64,000 nucleotides of DNA, taken from assembly GCA_973895155.1 (NCBI GenBank), contig OZ316895.1, forward strand, positions 14,700,816 to 14,764,815, in the 5' to 3' direction. This document shows, one piece after another, positions 50,129 through 63,137 of this stretch. Below the pieces are notes generated by a model that saw only the letters and a program-made list of their open reading frames with translations, ran no database searches and had not been told where the DNA came from. The first letter of the stretch is position 1; every line of letters begins with the position of its first letter. A program made the position numbers and the translations under genes. Origin of the DNA: Marsupella aquatica (taxonomy: Eukaryota; Plantae; Marchantiophyta).

Positions 50129-51174
50129 GAGATAGGGTTGCTCTAGTGCCTACCCTGAATTGTACATTCATATTATGTCTTGAAAGGATATGTTTTGAAC
50201 ATGTAGGATAAAGTAAATAATTAGGATATATGCTTAGTGTGAGGCTCTCTCACTGGACTGGATAATTTAATAATTATATAGTGGATCAATCTCATTTTGA
50301 CCCTTGATTTATGACCATCTATATTTTTTAATTTATAGATGGTCTGAGTGGTATTGGCCTCTGATTTTTGGACTAAATTAAATTACTCTAATTTTCAAAT
50401 TAATTAGAATATATGATTTAAGTTATTATTAAACATTTGGGTGAAAAAAAACAAAATTTTGGGCATTCAAAAGTGTATATTTGGGCTGAAAAAATTAGCT
50501 TTTGGGAATGCTTTAATAGAAATTTGGCCTGAACAAAAATAACTTTAGGGTTCATCTTATGGACTTTTAAAAGTACAGTTTTAATGAATATAGTGATGTA
50601 CACAGAATCAGGAAAAGTGTGTGAATGTTTAAGGGTTTCTATAGCATTTATTGCATGTAGAGGCAACTTGACATCACCTACAGTCTACCGTGTATATGTG
50701 CAGCGTGTATAACTGCATTTCATGGGTAACTGTAGGGTGGTCATGTAATCCCTCAATAATACAGCATTTGTTTTTGTAAATGCACCAAAAAATGCATGGT
50801 CTGTAGGGCATTTTCCATCTATAAGAGTACATATGCATTAATCCATATGTTAGAAGCATTTATTGACAAGTGCAGCAGATAACTACACATTGTAGTTTCA
50901 TGCACTTATCCAGTTGGATTTGCACTACGGGGATTATGGATATGAGAAGTCGATGCACATGACCTGACGAGACATTTGTGAAATGCATGAGCGATTTCTT
51001 AGGCACATATTGGAAAGTGCAACATGCACTTATGAAGAAGTGCATAACGTGGATAACTGCAGGCTTGGGGTGTCTTCCTGGGAGTCTACACTTAGACATG
51101 GTAGGCTGTATTTACCCTTCCTGGCATATGGGAGACTCTATACATTGCAAAGGTCTAATGTCAAGGGTGCATGA

Positions 51175-54100
51175 TGTGGGGAGAAATCAGATCAGGAAAA
51201 ACACTCCAAACATACACGTGCTCAATAGTTACGTGGTTCGCCTCAAGGTTGGCTACGTCCACGGGAAGACCAAACTTTATTAACGGTTATGTGTCTACTC
51301 AAGCATCACCATAGCTCTCATCTCTTCAAGCTCTCCTCTCTTGCTATATCCCTGGTTCTCTCTTGAGAACTCTCTTGTTTGTTCTCACACCACATAGAAG
51401 TTGAAGAGATAAGGACCAACCCTTCAACTAGGGTTTACTCTAACCCTAGTTAACATACTAACCATAGTTCAACCCAAGACTGAGTTAACCTCTACAAACT
51501 CCCCCTTGACTCACGTCTTGGGAGGGTTCATAGCATTGTCTTTTCCTTACAAGTTCCTCCGCGGGACGTTCAAGACAGTAGGGCCAAAAGACCCTCCCCC
51601 TAATGCAAGGGTTAACTAGAACTAAGCCGTAGCCGATAAGCCATCGGATGGAGTACTCATATAAAGACATTTTCTTGGTTAACTCTATATTTACAATATT
51701 TGTAAATAATTACAATGCCTTGAAAAACTATTGGAGTCTAATACTTTGGTAAAAGCATCCGCTGGATTAAGCTTTCCATCAATCTTGACAAGCTCAAATT
51801 CATCATCCGATAATGCCTGTCGGATGAAATGATAGCGGACATCAATGTGCTTTACCCTGCCATCCATCACTTGATTCTTGGTAGTGTAAATTGCACTTTG
51901 ACTGTCACAATGAAGATATACACACTCCTGTGATAAACCCATCTCTGTGACAAGATTTTTCAACCAAATGGTCTCTGATGCTGCTTCTGCTGCTGCTACA
52001 TACTCGGCATCCATAGTAGACTTTGCAACACACTTTTGGAGAGTAGACTTCCAACTAATGCATCCACCAGCAAGTGTAAATACATATCCAGTTGTCGATC
52101 TCCTCTTATCCAGATCACCTGCGTAGTCTGCATCCACATAACCTTGAAGCACTTTCATATTGTTTGAACTTGCATCAAACAATAAACCCTTCTTAGTGGA
52201 GCCTCTGATGTAGCGCAAAATCTATTTCACTGCTTCCCAATGAACTTTTCCTGGATTTGCCATGTATCTGCTTACCTTGCTAATGGCATAAGCTATGTCT
52301 GGTCGGGTGCATACCATGAGATACATTAAACTACCCACAACACTTTCATAAGGAACTTTGGACATCAAACTTTTTTCTGTCGCATCTAATGGACAAAATG
52401 CTGCAGAAATATTGAAATGCCTTGCCAAAGGAACACTCACAGCCTTAGCATCTGCCATGTTGAATTTTGAGAGTACCTTCTCTGCATATCTTTTCTACGT
52501 CAGCCAAAGTTTGGCTTTGTTAACATCCCTGACAATCTCCATGCCTAGGATCCTCTTGGCTGTGCCCAAATCCTTCATCTTAAACTCAGAACTGAGTTGG
52601 GCCTTAAGCTTATCAACTTCGCCCCTATCCTGTGCTACAATGAGCATGTCATCCACATAAAGTACAAGGATGACAAGCTTAAAACATGTGTTGTTCACAC
52701 GCCTTATGTAAACACATGGATCGTACACGCTTCGCACAAATCCAAGCGATTTCAAAAATTCATCAAAACGCTTGTTCCACTGCCTTGGGCTCTGCTTTAA
52801 TCCATACAAGGATTTTAGCAACCTACATACCAAATTTTCCTTGCCCTTTTGCACAAAACCCTCTGGTTGCCTCATGTAAATCACCTCATCCAACGATCTA
52901 TATAAGAATGTCGTGACAACATCCATTTGATCTAAAACCAGATCAAATAAAACTACAAGAGCACATAGCAAACGTATTGTTGAATACTTTGCTACGGGTG
53001 AAAAAACCTCATTGTAGTCTATACCTTTCTGTTGAGTAAAACCCTTGGCTACCAACCGAGCCTTAAATATCTTCTCAGCATCCTCCGTGGGTCCATCTTT
53101 CTTCCTATACACCCACTTGTTGTCAACAGCCTGCTTATCACTGGGTAGACTTGTGAGTTCCCAAGTCTTGTTATCATGAAGTGATTTCATTTCCATGCGC
53201 ATCGCCGCCTGCCACTGTTGCTTCTCCATAGAAGCTAGGACCTCTCGAAATGAGGATGGATCTCCATCTTCTGTCACCAATGCATCAATAGATTCTTCAT
53301 CCAAATCCACTTGATCAGATTGAAGCCAAGTTCCATACCTTTCCCGGGCTTGACGTTTGCGAGTTCCTCTTCGCACTGAAGACTCTGGCTGATTTGATTG
53401 TACTGTGCTTTGCCTTACAGTGGTGTCAACATATTCATTATCTGACACATCCTTTCCCCTTATATCCTCTAGAGGAGGAGATTGCTCTTTGTTAGTAGTA
53501 GGGAATTGATCTATCTCCCCTTCCTTCAATGATTTTTCTTCATTGAAGGATACATCCTGACTAACAAGTAACTTGCAATCAGCTGGATCCCACAACCGAT
53601 AACCTTTAACTTCACGCTGATAACCAAGAAAAATGCATTTCTAGGCTCTAGGATCTAGCTTAGTCCTATTGTTGCTAGGAACATGTGCATATGCTTCACA
53701 GCCAAAAACCCTAAGCTTTGAATAATCAGCAGGTCGATTGTGCCATAGCTCAAAGAGGGTTTTGTAAGTAATTGCCCGACTAGGAGAGAGATTTACTAGA
53801 TAAGCAGCTATGTTGACAGCTTCCACCCAAAAGATTTGTGGCAATTTAGAGTGGCTCAACATGCTCCTTGCTCGCTCCAACAATGTGCGGTTGAGTGCTC
53901 AGCAACACCATTTTGCTCAGGAGTGTACACAGTTGTGAGATGGTGAGTAATTCCCTTATTTGCACAATACGTGTTGAACTCGCCAGAGGTGTATTCACCA
54001 CCATTATCTGATCGTAGATATCTCACATTCTTTGCAGTCTGTGTCTCAACTTGAGCTACCCATTGTTTAAAGATGGAAAGCACTTCAAACTTATGGGCAA

Positions 54101-57100
54101 TGAAATAAATCCAAACAAACCTTGAGTAATCATCGATAAATGATACATAGTATTGTTTGCCTGAATGTGAGGAAACCGGAGCAGGACCCCACACATCGGA
54201 ATGAATATACTCAAGTACAACTTTAGAATGATGAATGGCAGTCGGAAATGGAGTTCTTGTTTTCTTGCCAACAATGCAATGATCACAAAAACTCAACTTG
54301 TATGCTTGCAATCCTGGTAGGAGATGTCGCTTGTGTAAGATTTCCAAACTTTTTTCACTCATGTGACCAAGCCGAGCATGCCATAAATTGATTTTCTCCT
54401 CCTGAGATGTGACCAAATTGACTTCGGCAAGAAGTGTGGTGCCTTCCAAGACATAGATATTTCTTTTCCTCTTGCCAATAAGAACTTCAGTTGATCCATG
54501 CGTGACTGTTAACACCCCATCAGTTGCACTCCATTGATAACCCTTCGCATCCAAGTAGCCAAGAGAAATCAAATTCTTACACATTTCTGGAATGTGTCTA
54601 ACATTTGATAGAGTACAGTACTTGTCACCGGGTAGTTGAATCTTTACGGATCCAATCCCTAAAACTTTGCAAGAATGATTATTTCTCATCAAAACAGATC
54701 CATGGATAGGAGTGTAGGATGAGAAAAGTTCACGCATATAGCACATGTGATACGAGCAAGCGGAATCCAAGATCCATTGACAATCCTCAACTTGGGAAGT
54801 GGTACACAATGAAAATCCTTCACTATCCTCTTCTCGAACAACTACTTGGGCTGAAGAACCGACAACTTCCTTGAATGTGTCTTTGACGCGAAAATCCTTC
54901 TTCATGTGGCCCACTTTGTCACACTTCCAACACTTTATCTCACGAGTAGACTTGGATGGTGATTTGGATCAAGATCTAGATCTGGATCTAAACCTCCTCC
55001 TACCAAAAGATCGATCGTGGAACCTTCCTCGCTCCATGGGAAGTGGGTTAAACCTTTTGTTTTCATGAGATGGCTCCCTTGATTTACCTCTTTCTACCAA
55101 CAGTGTTGTTGATGATGAGGTTGAGGTAGGATGAGTTGAAGAGACCAGCTTAGACTGCATGTCATCGGTCAACTGGGCACTCACCACATCATTGTAGGAT
55201 ATAGTTATCTTATCACGGAATAGAAGAACTCGAGACAAAGATTGGTACGAAGGTGGTAGTGAGCTCAAGAGTTGTAAGGCTTTCTTTTCTTCGCTCAAAT
55301 GCTCCCCCAAATTCTCTAGGTCAACCACAAGATCATTGAACTGATCGACATGATCTTGAATCTTAACTCCATCAGCCATTTTGAATTGCATGAGCTTCAG
55401 GCTTGCATACATTCGGTTTGACATCTCCTTCTTGTAGTACTTGTTGCGCAATGCTTGAAACAAGTCCATCACCGTTTGTGTTGCTTTTTCCTCGAACTGC
55501 TTCTTCACATTGTTTTTCAGGTACATGCCAATAATACTTACCGCTTGATCCTGGAGATCATGCCAATCATCATCTTCCATCTCCTTGGGTTGAGATCTTA
55601 GTACCTTGCCTAGGCCCATCGCCCTAAGTGCATCCCTCACGTTACGTTCCCACATTGTATAATCCATCCGACCATCAAATTTTTCCACCTCAAACCTTTG
55701 ACCTCCAATCCTAGTAGTCGCCATCACTGGAATACCAAATGTAGTGTGGAGTCGCCTTCCGATAAGAAATAAACATCGAATGCTCAGATGTGGGGTGTGA
55801 AAATAAGACCAAAAATGAAAGTTGGTGAATTTTGAAACTGATCACTCCTATGTGTAGCCCACAAGGTAACGCTCCAAATTCTGAAAACGGTTTGTCAAAT
55901 GGACTCTCGAGTGCCGAGAATTTTTACTCCGACCGGAGGGGGTAAAAGATGAAATAATTACCCCTTGAGGGAATCTCTTATGCCAAAGATTCCACTAGTA
56001 TAATTTTTCAGAATTGAACGCACCAATATTTGCCTAGCTTCCCCAAGTATGCCTCTCCAAAAGTTGAAGTTGATCCGATTTTATTTGCCGCTCGGAATTT
56101 TTGACCTTCGATAAAAATTTAAGCCTCTGGAAAAAGAATCTTTTCGGGAAATTCCGTCCGCCCTTGTACAGCCCCTGTGGGAGATTTCACAGGGGGCACT
56201 TCCCCCTGCCCGAGCCCTGTCGAGCCCTAAAAGGCCTCCTCGAAGTTTTTGACCTCCTCGTGCGTCCGCGGAAGTCGCAACTACTCACGGCAGAAAGTAC
56301 CCCTCGGTGGATTCACTCAAATTCCCATCTCAGTTTTTGACAAAATCCAATTCTGATTTCAGATTCAGAAACTAGACTTCGAGGGCATCAAGATTGATAT
56401 AAAGAACTCACAAACGGTGGAGTAATGAGGGAGAAACAATTCGGTGAAAGTGACTGATATTAAGTTATCCGCCATAGCCAAAATTTCGAGCTCAAAAAAC
56501 GAGAATTGAAATTAAGATTGCTTCTCAACCGTTTCACGGAATTCAACGATGTTGATATCGAAACGTCTAGAAAGACAAGGCGCTCAAGCGTATCTCAGTT
56601 TCAAGTCCCGATAGAACAATCAAAAAGACTGATCTGAGAAATTGACCTTATCTCTTGCCCGATAACGTAAATTGAAAACCGTCACTTACAATTATTTCCG
56701 TTTCTGACCTCAGGCCTTCATTGCTTCACTGAAATGAGCCCCTGGTTGTGTGCTCCACACTTGTGAGAAGATTGAGTCCGATCTTCTTTCAATAGCTCCG
56801 CTTCGAAGAGGAAATCATTCGCTGTTCGCTTTGCTTGAAGAAAATTCTATGGAGTTCCTAATCGACTGAAAAAACCTGAGCTCTGATACCAATTGTGGGG
56901 AGAAATCAGATCAGGAAAAACACTCCAAACATACACGTGCTCAATAGTTACGTGGTTCGCCTCAAGGTTGGCTACGTCCACGGGAAGACCAAGCTTTATT
57001 AACGGTTATGTGTCTACTCAAGCATCACCATAGCTCTCATCTCTTCAAGCTCTCCTCTCTTGCTATATCCCTGGTTCTCTCTTGAGAACTCTCTTGTTTG

Positions 57101-57215
57101 TTCTCACACCACATAGAAGTTGAAGAGATAAGGACCAACCCTTCAACTAGGGTTTACTCTAACCCTAGTTAACATACTAACCATAGTTCAATCCAAGACT
57201 GAGTTAACCTCTACA
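51175..57215 (-). mobile_element. Full-length Ty1/Copia LTR retrotransposon with disrupted gag-pol
   Basis: 322-bp LTRs TG...CA at 51175-51496 and 56894-57215 (2 differences seen). TSD CATGA. PBS TGGTATCAGAGC (tRNA-iMet) near 56880-56891 and PPT near 51499-51507. Gag, PR (WILDSACSYH), INT (IHSDVWGP, RSDNGGEY), RT (LYVDDML) and RH (YVDADYAG, KHIDVRYH). Confidence 0.97.
51691..55727 (-). pseudogene. Copia gag-pol polyprotein with 4 in-frame stops and 1 frameshift
   Basis: Stops at 54969, 53641, 52495 and 52222. Frameshift at ~53860-53900. Confidence 0.92.
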
Positions 57216-60200
57216 CATGACACTACATTACAGGTCAGTGCTCATGAAACACTAGGAAATTATATGTGTTTTCTATGTACACCTGAGTATGTATGAAGTT
57301 GGCCCCTTTTGAAATCTTAATGAGAGGTACTTTTTAGCACTAAGGTGGCAACACGACATTAATGGAGAATCTTAATGTTGTGTCACTCGTCCTTAAAGCA
57401 ATCCAAGCAAATTACATGAAGCATACAAGGCAAGCCAGAAACCATCCAAGAGAATTAGATGAAGCACACAAGGCACACCAGAAATCTTCCAAGAGAATTA
57501 GATGAAGCACAGGAGGCAAACTAGAAACCATAGAGTTTGTGATACTAAAAACAACCAGTGTATGTATTAAGAATACACTTAGAGTTAATTGTGTTTACAT
57601 AGTTTGTGACATGCCAACTCAACTCGAGAGAATTTTTCTAGGCCATTGCAATATCCTTTGAGCACAGGGCATGTGTGAAGTTATTAGATTCTCATCCCAC
57701 AAACGCCTCCAATTCTCCAACCCCATCGCTGGAAAGACAATCAGATTGCAAACGACAACATCAACACAGACACTCCCCAGTCCTGAAAGCACACGATTGT
57801 ACAGTTTCTCTGGAAAATCTGCAAACTTTAGCACAATAATTGTTAATGTTGATAATCAGGAGCTGTTGGATTGATCGGGGCCCTGTCATGAATGTCAGTG
57901 ACACGAGAAGTCAATTTCCCTCGTGACAAACTGTCATCATCCCCAGTTTTCAGAAAGCCAAGTTGCACGATGAAGTGCTAAATGATGAACCCTATTAACT
58001 TTCATTATTATACCACCTCGATCGATTGATAAACGCAGAGTCAACGGGTTGTGAATGCTGGAGACAGTCTTGGAGCCCAAATTTAGTGAGATTTCGGTTG
58101 ACGTGGACAATATGCCTTGTAGGAATCACCAGAAGACCTCGTGCAATCCGTTTCCTCTGAGAGGCGGGATGCCAAAATGAGAATGATGCTCAATGAGGGG
58201 AGACTTGAAACCAGCCTACTGGACTGCAAGACTGAGAGCAACAGCCTGCTCTTCGTGACAAAGCTATGGGGTCCACAAGTCCTTTGTGACCAGACTATGG
58301 GGCAGAAAAGCCACAAGGTCCCCCCTGGATATTTAAGGTTTTTTCTTTGTGGCCTGTGTGCTTAGATTATTTTCTTATTGTCAGATCTCCCTAAATTCAA
58401 GAATGAGAGTCAAATTCTGGCTAATGGGGTATGTGGGTAGGTGTGAGGCTGGCTAATGGGGTCTGTGGGTAGGTGTGAGGCTGGCTAATGGGAGACAAAG
58501 TAATGAATTTTTGTCAAAAGCAACCAAGACTTTTATGCCAGGTGGAATCTAGCTCATTTTTGCCACTAGAAAAAACACTGTACACAAGTCATTTCTGACC
58601 GAACTGCAGTCCTGTCTAGTGCACAAGCAATAGGTGCCAGGCCTGCCGACTACAAGGCACCCTGTTCCGCCCTTTTTTCCCATGGAGTTTGCACTTTTGT
58701 AAGTGCAAAAAATCCAGAAACACTTTTGTTGAACAACAACTATATAAGTCCAAATCCTCAATAAATACATGAGTACTTATCAGTTCCATCAGAATACTGG
58801 AATACACAATTCCATCAATTTACACTTACTGATAAGTGCATGGCATTTTCCTCGGCATTTTCCCGTAGAATAAAAATTGCGCTTGTGGGGTAGGGGATCA
58901 CATTTAGGCAGCACTGTACGATAATGGGTGGGAGTCATGAGAGTGCGCACTGATGGAGGGGTCCATTGCACATGGGGGAACTGGAGCTCTTACTGACAAA
59001 TACACAATTCACACCATTGTACTTATCATATAGTGCAACACATGTTTAAGTGCACCTTGGAGGTGTGTGCACTTAGCAAGGGTCTACTGTATGCGGCAGA
59101 ATAGCTACAAGTGTCCCCAAGCAAGCCCCTGAGATCTTGAAAGACCATGCAAGGCGGATGAACTAAGGGTGGCTTTACAAGTCATGGGGGCACTTATGAC
59201 TTTTTCCAACAAAAGCATTATGGAGGGTCACTTCTCCTCAACATAGACTGCAGACCAAAAGTCTTGAGGTGGTCTAAAATTATATACAAACTAAGCACTT
59301 CCAAACTTTGGCTCCTTCCTTCAAGGAATTTGCATGTGTTGAACCCCATTTCCTTTTTTAATTCCCTCCCCTAAAAGGAATTTGTATGTGTTGAACCCCA
59401 ATTACTTTTTTATTCCCTCAATTCAATCTGGACCCAATAATGCGTCGAGAGCATGGCTGCCGTTGGCTCCACAAGAGCTTGGGGGCTCATTCAGGTACAT
59501 GTCTACAACTCCTCCATGGGGAGTAGTGGGCCAAAGGAATGGACCCTCCATGTCTTGCAATGCCACCCATTATTTATTTTGCCTGTCTTTAGAATTTGAA
59601 CCAGGGTGGACCTCCATACCTGCCAAACTCTCAACTGGCTTTCACAACTGGGATGGACGACAGTGAAACTCTCTTGCCTGCTCAGATGATCCATTTTCTT
59701 TACAGAAAGGGGTCTTTAAATAGGGCCAGGCTCACACATGGTATGTGACAAACTAGGTCAAGTGAAACCCTAAACAGCGCAAGTCAATAATTTCCTTGCA
59801 TGGTATGAGGCTTCTGGACACACTTCAAGAGTGCTCATCATCAAGATGACCACTCAATTAAGTTGTTGGAAGTATATATTCAAACTGCCAAAGAACAAAA
59901 CGTGCCAAATTGGGAGACAAGATCCCCAAAAGGCAGAAACCCAATGAAGAGGAGAAAACAAGGAAACCTCAGTCATGCAACTCTAGTGTCTCTGTGAATC
60001 TTGATGACCCTAAAGAGCGCTCCTTATGGTCGTTTCCATCCAATGTCTTTTCTTTTCGTTTTTGCCTTGGAACTGAAAGACCATCCACCCTTCAGTAGAC
60101 AATCAACCTCTTATGGTCAGTTCCATTGAGTGTCTTTTCTTCTCTTCTCTTCTCTTCTCTTCCAGGAGGAAGAGAGGGTCACATTAGGGTCCCAAATTTC

Positions 60201-60385
60201 TTTCCATGTTATGTGATTCACCCAAGATAGTGTTATTGAGCCAAATCAAAGCAGAATACTCTATTTGACGAGACATGCAGTGCAAAGCCATGAGATCGAG
60301 GAAAATTGGAGTAGCCTTTTCGATCTCTTGGTTCGTTACTGATGGAACTGAGGGCCCTATTGCAGCCAGAGGACTGTTCGTGGGG

Positions 60386-60505
60386 GAATATTTATGGGGT
60401 GCTGAATCATGTCAATATCAAATATTCGAGTCAAAGCCAATGGTAGAATATTATGGGGTGCTGAATCATGTCAATATCAAATTATTCGAGTCAAATCCAA
60501 TGGTG
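60386..60505. repeat. ~60-bp tandem duplication
   Basis: gaatat(t)tatggggtgctgaatcatgtcaatatcaaat...ccaatggt occurs twice. Confidence 0.88.
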
Positions 60506-61059
60506 ATATCAATTATGGATTTGAAGTGTCTGGGTCGAGTGAAGCTGTGTGGAAAGTGGAGGATAATTTTCACACCCTACGGTGGAAGCTGAAAACCAAT
60601 TGCCGGGAAATGGAATTCGCTCAATCGGACCACTCATGAGGACGATGAGAGGATGGAAAGATAGCTCGCATTTGGGTCTTCTCTAGTGGGTCTGGAACCA
60701 AATGCGACTGTCCACCAGATGTCTAGGTTAAAGTGAGATTTCTCGAATGCACTTATCACCATATCAGAACATTTCACTTCAGATATGGAGGAAATACATT
60801 TCACAGAGACGAAAGAAGATGGAGATGACATCGTGCGAAGGACCTCCAATTTCTGAAGTCTAATAGGAGTTTACTTAATGAGACAACTGAATTGCTGTCA
60901 ATCTGTCTGAAACATCTCAAGAAGATGCTCAGATCCAAAAATGATCATAACACCGACAAGATTGCATTGTATCGATTACTGAACAGTCTGACAGTCAAGA
61001 TTGCAAAGGTCTGGCACGAGACATTCATATACACTGATCTTATTTACCTCTACTAATGT

Positions 61060-61290
61060 CAGCAACAATTCCGCCCCTAAGTTAATCTCAGGTCTACGCT
61101 ATGCCAGCATGAAAGGAATGATCTGGACACCCATATAGTGGTGGAGTTATTAGAAAATAGTTAAAAAATTGTAGGCTCCCTCTCCTAATTTCAGCAATAA
61201 GCTCACCCCCAAATCAATCTCAGGTCAACGCAATCCCAGGATGAAAAGACTGATCTGGACACCCATATAGTGGAGTGCCAAGTTATTAAA
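61060..61290. repeat. Diverged ~130-bp tandem duplication
   Basis: aatctcaggtc...tgatctggacacccatatagtgg occurs twice. Confidence 0.75.
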
Positions 61291-61958
61291 AAGTAGTATA
61301 TAATTCGTACGCTCAGCTTCTACCATTTCTCAGCTATAAAATGAGATCGTTACCCAACCAGGATTTCAAGCAAAGGGGAAGAACTTATACTTGTACACTA
61401 TGGCCGACTCTATAGGAACAAATAGATAAGCTGCTATGATCCAATTTTGCTGCCTTACTATGAAAGTGACTCCCTGTATATAACTACAAAAACCAAGGTA
61501 ATGTCATCAATGCACATATTCTGGTCCCCACAGAGGTGGGTAAATGATGATTCTTAAATCATTCAACGTCATTGCATAATTGTTGTCCCGAAGTGCTCGT
61601 ATCTGTGATCTCTCCTGGTGCCCAAGAAAGTAAAAATTCTCTATGTACAGGCACTGCAGATGGAGTGCGATCTGTAAAGGATGTTTGATGATCAACTTGA
61701 AAGTGGATAAAACGTATTTTATGGTGCTCACAAAACTATATAAATGTTTTGTACATAAAGGCAAAGAGGGAATGATTTGAACTACATAGGGATGGATAGA
61801 CCGTTGTGAACAAACACCCATCTGAAAGACTTGAGTTCTCGAACTCCGCTGCCCCTTGCTAGACTAAACCTGGCACTGATGCCAAACATGAGCTTACTGT
61901 GGAAAATTGTGCTCAGAGGTCGTTGCTGTAGCAAGGAACAAAGGGCCCCTCCATGTTC

Positions 61959-63137
61959 CTAATTGAAGAATTGGGAATCAATCTGGATCAACTTGGGCAT
62001 CATTGCCCTCAGTATCCTGATATACTCCAAGTTTCTGGCGCACGGATTCCGCACGAGATAAATGGTGGTGAGTGAATCCTTGACACCTTGTAATGCCGTC
62101 TCCAGCTCATCCAGTGACGAAATGTTGTTATCATTTAGCCATAAATCTTCCAACTTGGTCAAATTCCCGATATCTTGGATGGCGTCCAGCTTATTCGAGG
62201 ATAAATCTAAGATTCGGAGCTTGGTAAGAGTTGAAAGACCTTCCATTACTGAGATAAAGTTGTTACTCAAATAGAGCTCTTCGAGCAGAACGCATTCCTG
62301 GAAGCCCAGCATGGAAGTGAGACGGTTGTTTTGTAGGCTAATCCTTGTCAAACTGGTGAGGCCACACATATCCACTGTCTTGATCCGATTCTTGCCCAGC
62401 CAAAGTTCCTTCAACTGGGTCAGGTTCTGGATGCCGCTCAACTCCTTGACTCTGTTAGCACCTAGCTCCAGGACCTGCAACTCTTTCAAGTGGTCAACCT
62501 CAACGATCTCCACGACACCATTGTTGGACAAGTAAAGCTCCTTCAATTGCTCATTGACCTGAGAAATGCCCGTCAAAGAACTGATCTTGTTGAAGGAGAC
62601 ATCCAGCACTGCGAGACAAGAAAATACCTCAAGTTTTGGTACCTTCGTAAGTCTATTGTCACGTAACACCAGTTCCTGTAGGCCAAAAAGTGCTGGCCAT
62701 CTCGTCAAGGATTCCACTGCTTCATCCTCAAACAGGTTTTGTCGGAGGCTCAGCTTCTTGAGAAGCGTCATTTGCCCTATCCTCTCATCCACCTTGGTCA
62801 GTCGGTTAGCGGTCAAATCCAGTTCTATGAGGGACCCAGACAATTCAACATCCTTTAAATCGTGGAGCTGTGCACTGGTGAGGTCCAGAACCCCGTCCTC
62901 CTCTACGGCCCACGACAGTACAGATGAGGCTGTAACGCGAGTAGACCGATTTTCTCCTCCTACCACTGACTCCCTTGCAGGGGGCAATTCTTCCACCTGT
63001 TGAGTAGTTCCACAAGGCTCCGCGGAAACCACCAATAAATCTCCTCTGCTGTTGCCATTCTGTCCTACAGAAACGGGTGTTACAGCATCTATACGACTTG
63101 GTTCGGATTGCACGGGGTCTTTGCCCTCTGGCACCAT
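61959..63137 (-). CDS. SDS22: SDS22/PPP1R7-like leucine-rich-repeat PP1 regulatory subunit, intronless
   Basis: VLDLTSAQLHDL...LDLTANRL, ~11 SDS22-type 22-aa LRRs (LELGANRV, LWLGKNRI, LEDLWLNDNNI) and an LRRcap (LTTIYLVRNPC...Y...LIQIDS). First ATG at 63137. Confidence 0.88.
   Translation of the reverse strand: MVPEGKDPVQSEPSRIDAVTPVSVGQNGNSRGDLLVVSAEPCGTTQQVEELPPARESVVGGENRSTRVTASSVLSWAVEEDGVLDLTSAQLHDLKDVELSGSLIELDLTANRLTKVDERIGQMTLLKKLSLRQNLFEDEAVESLTRWPALFGLQELVLRDNRLTKVPKLEVFSCLAVLDVSFNKISSLTGISQVNEQLKELYLSNNGVVEIVEVDHLKELQVLELGANRVKELSGIQNLTQLKELWLGKNRIKTVDMCGLTSLTRISLQNNRLTSMLGFQECVLLEELYLSNNFISVMEGLSTLTKLRILDLSSNKLDAIQDIGNLTKLEDLWLNDNNISSLDELETALQGVKDSLTTIYLVRNPCARNLEYIRILRAMMPKLIQIDSQFFN

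Larger units (their letters stand above)
37806..50601. mobile_element. 12,796-bp TIR DNA transposon with Sola/DUF7869-like transposase and ParB-MTase-phosphatase cargo
   Basis: Perfect 26-bp TIRs GTACATCACTATATTCATTAAAACTG (37806-37831; reverse complement at 50576-50601). Direct repeat ACAGA at 37801-37805 and 50602-50606. Two divergent genes inside. Confidence 0.92.

Noticed and set aside
37812-50595. CACTA/EnSpm classification from the internal CACTA...TAGTG with a 2-bp AT flank
   Set aside because: The inverted repeat continues 6 bp further out (GTACAT) and is flanked by a 5-bp direct repeat. The catalytic core lacks TnpD motifs.
57600-61000. Short ORFs between the Copia element and the SDS22-like gene
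   Set aside because: No recognisable motifs. Some arise from local tandem duplications.
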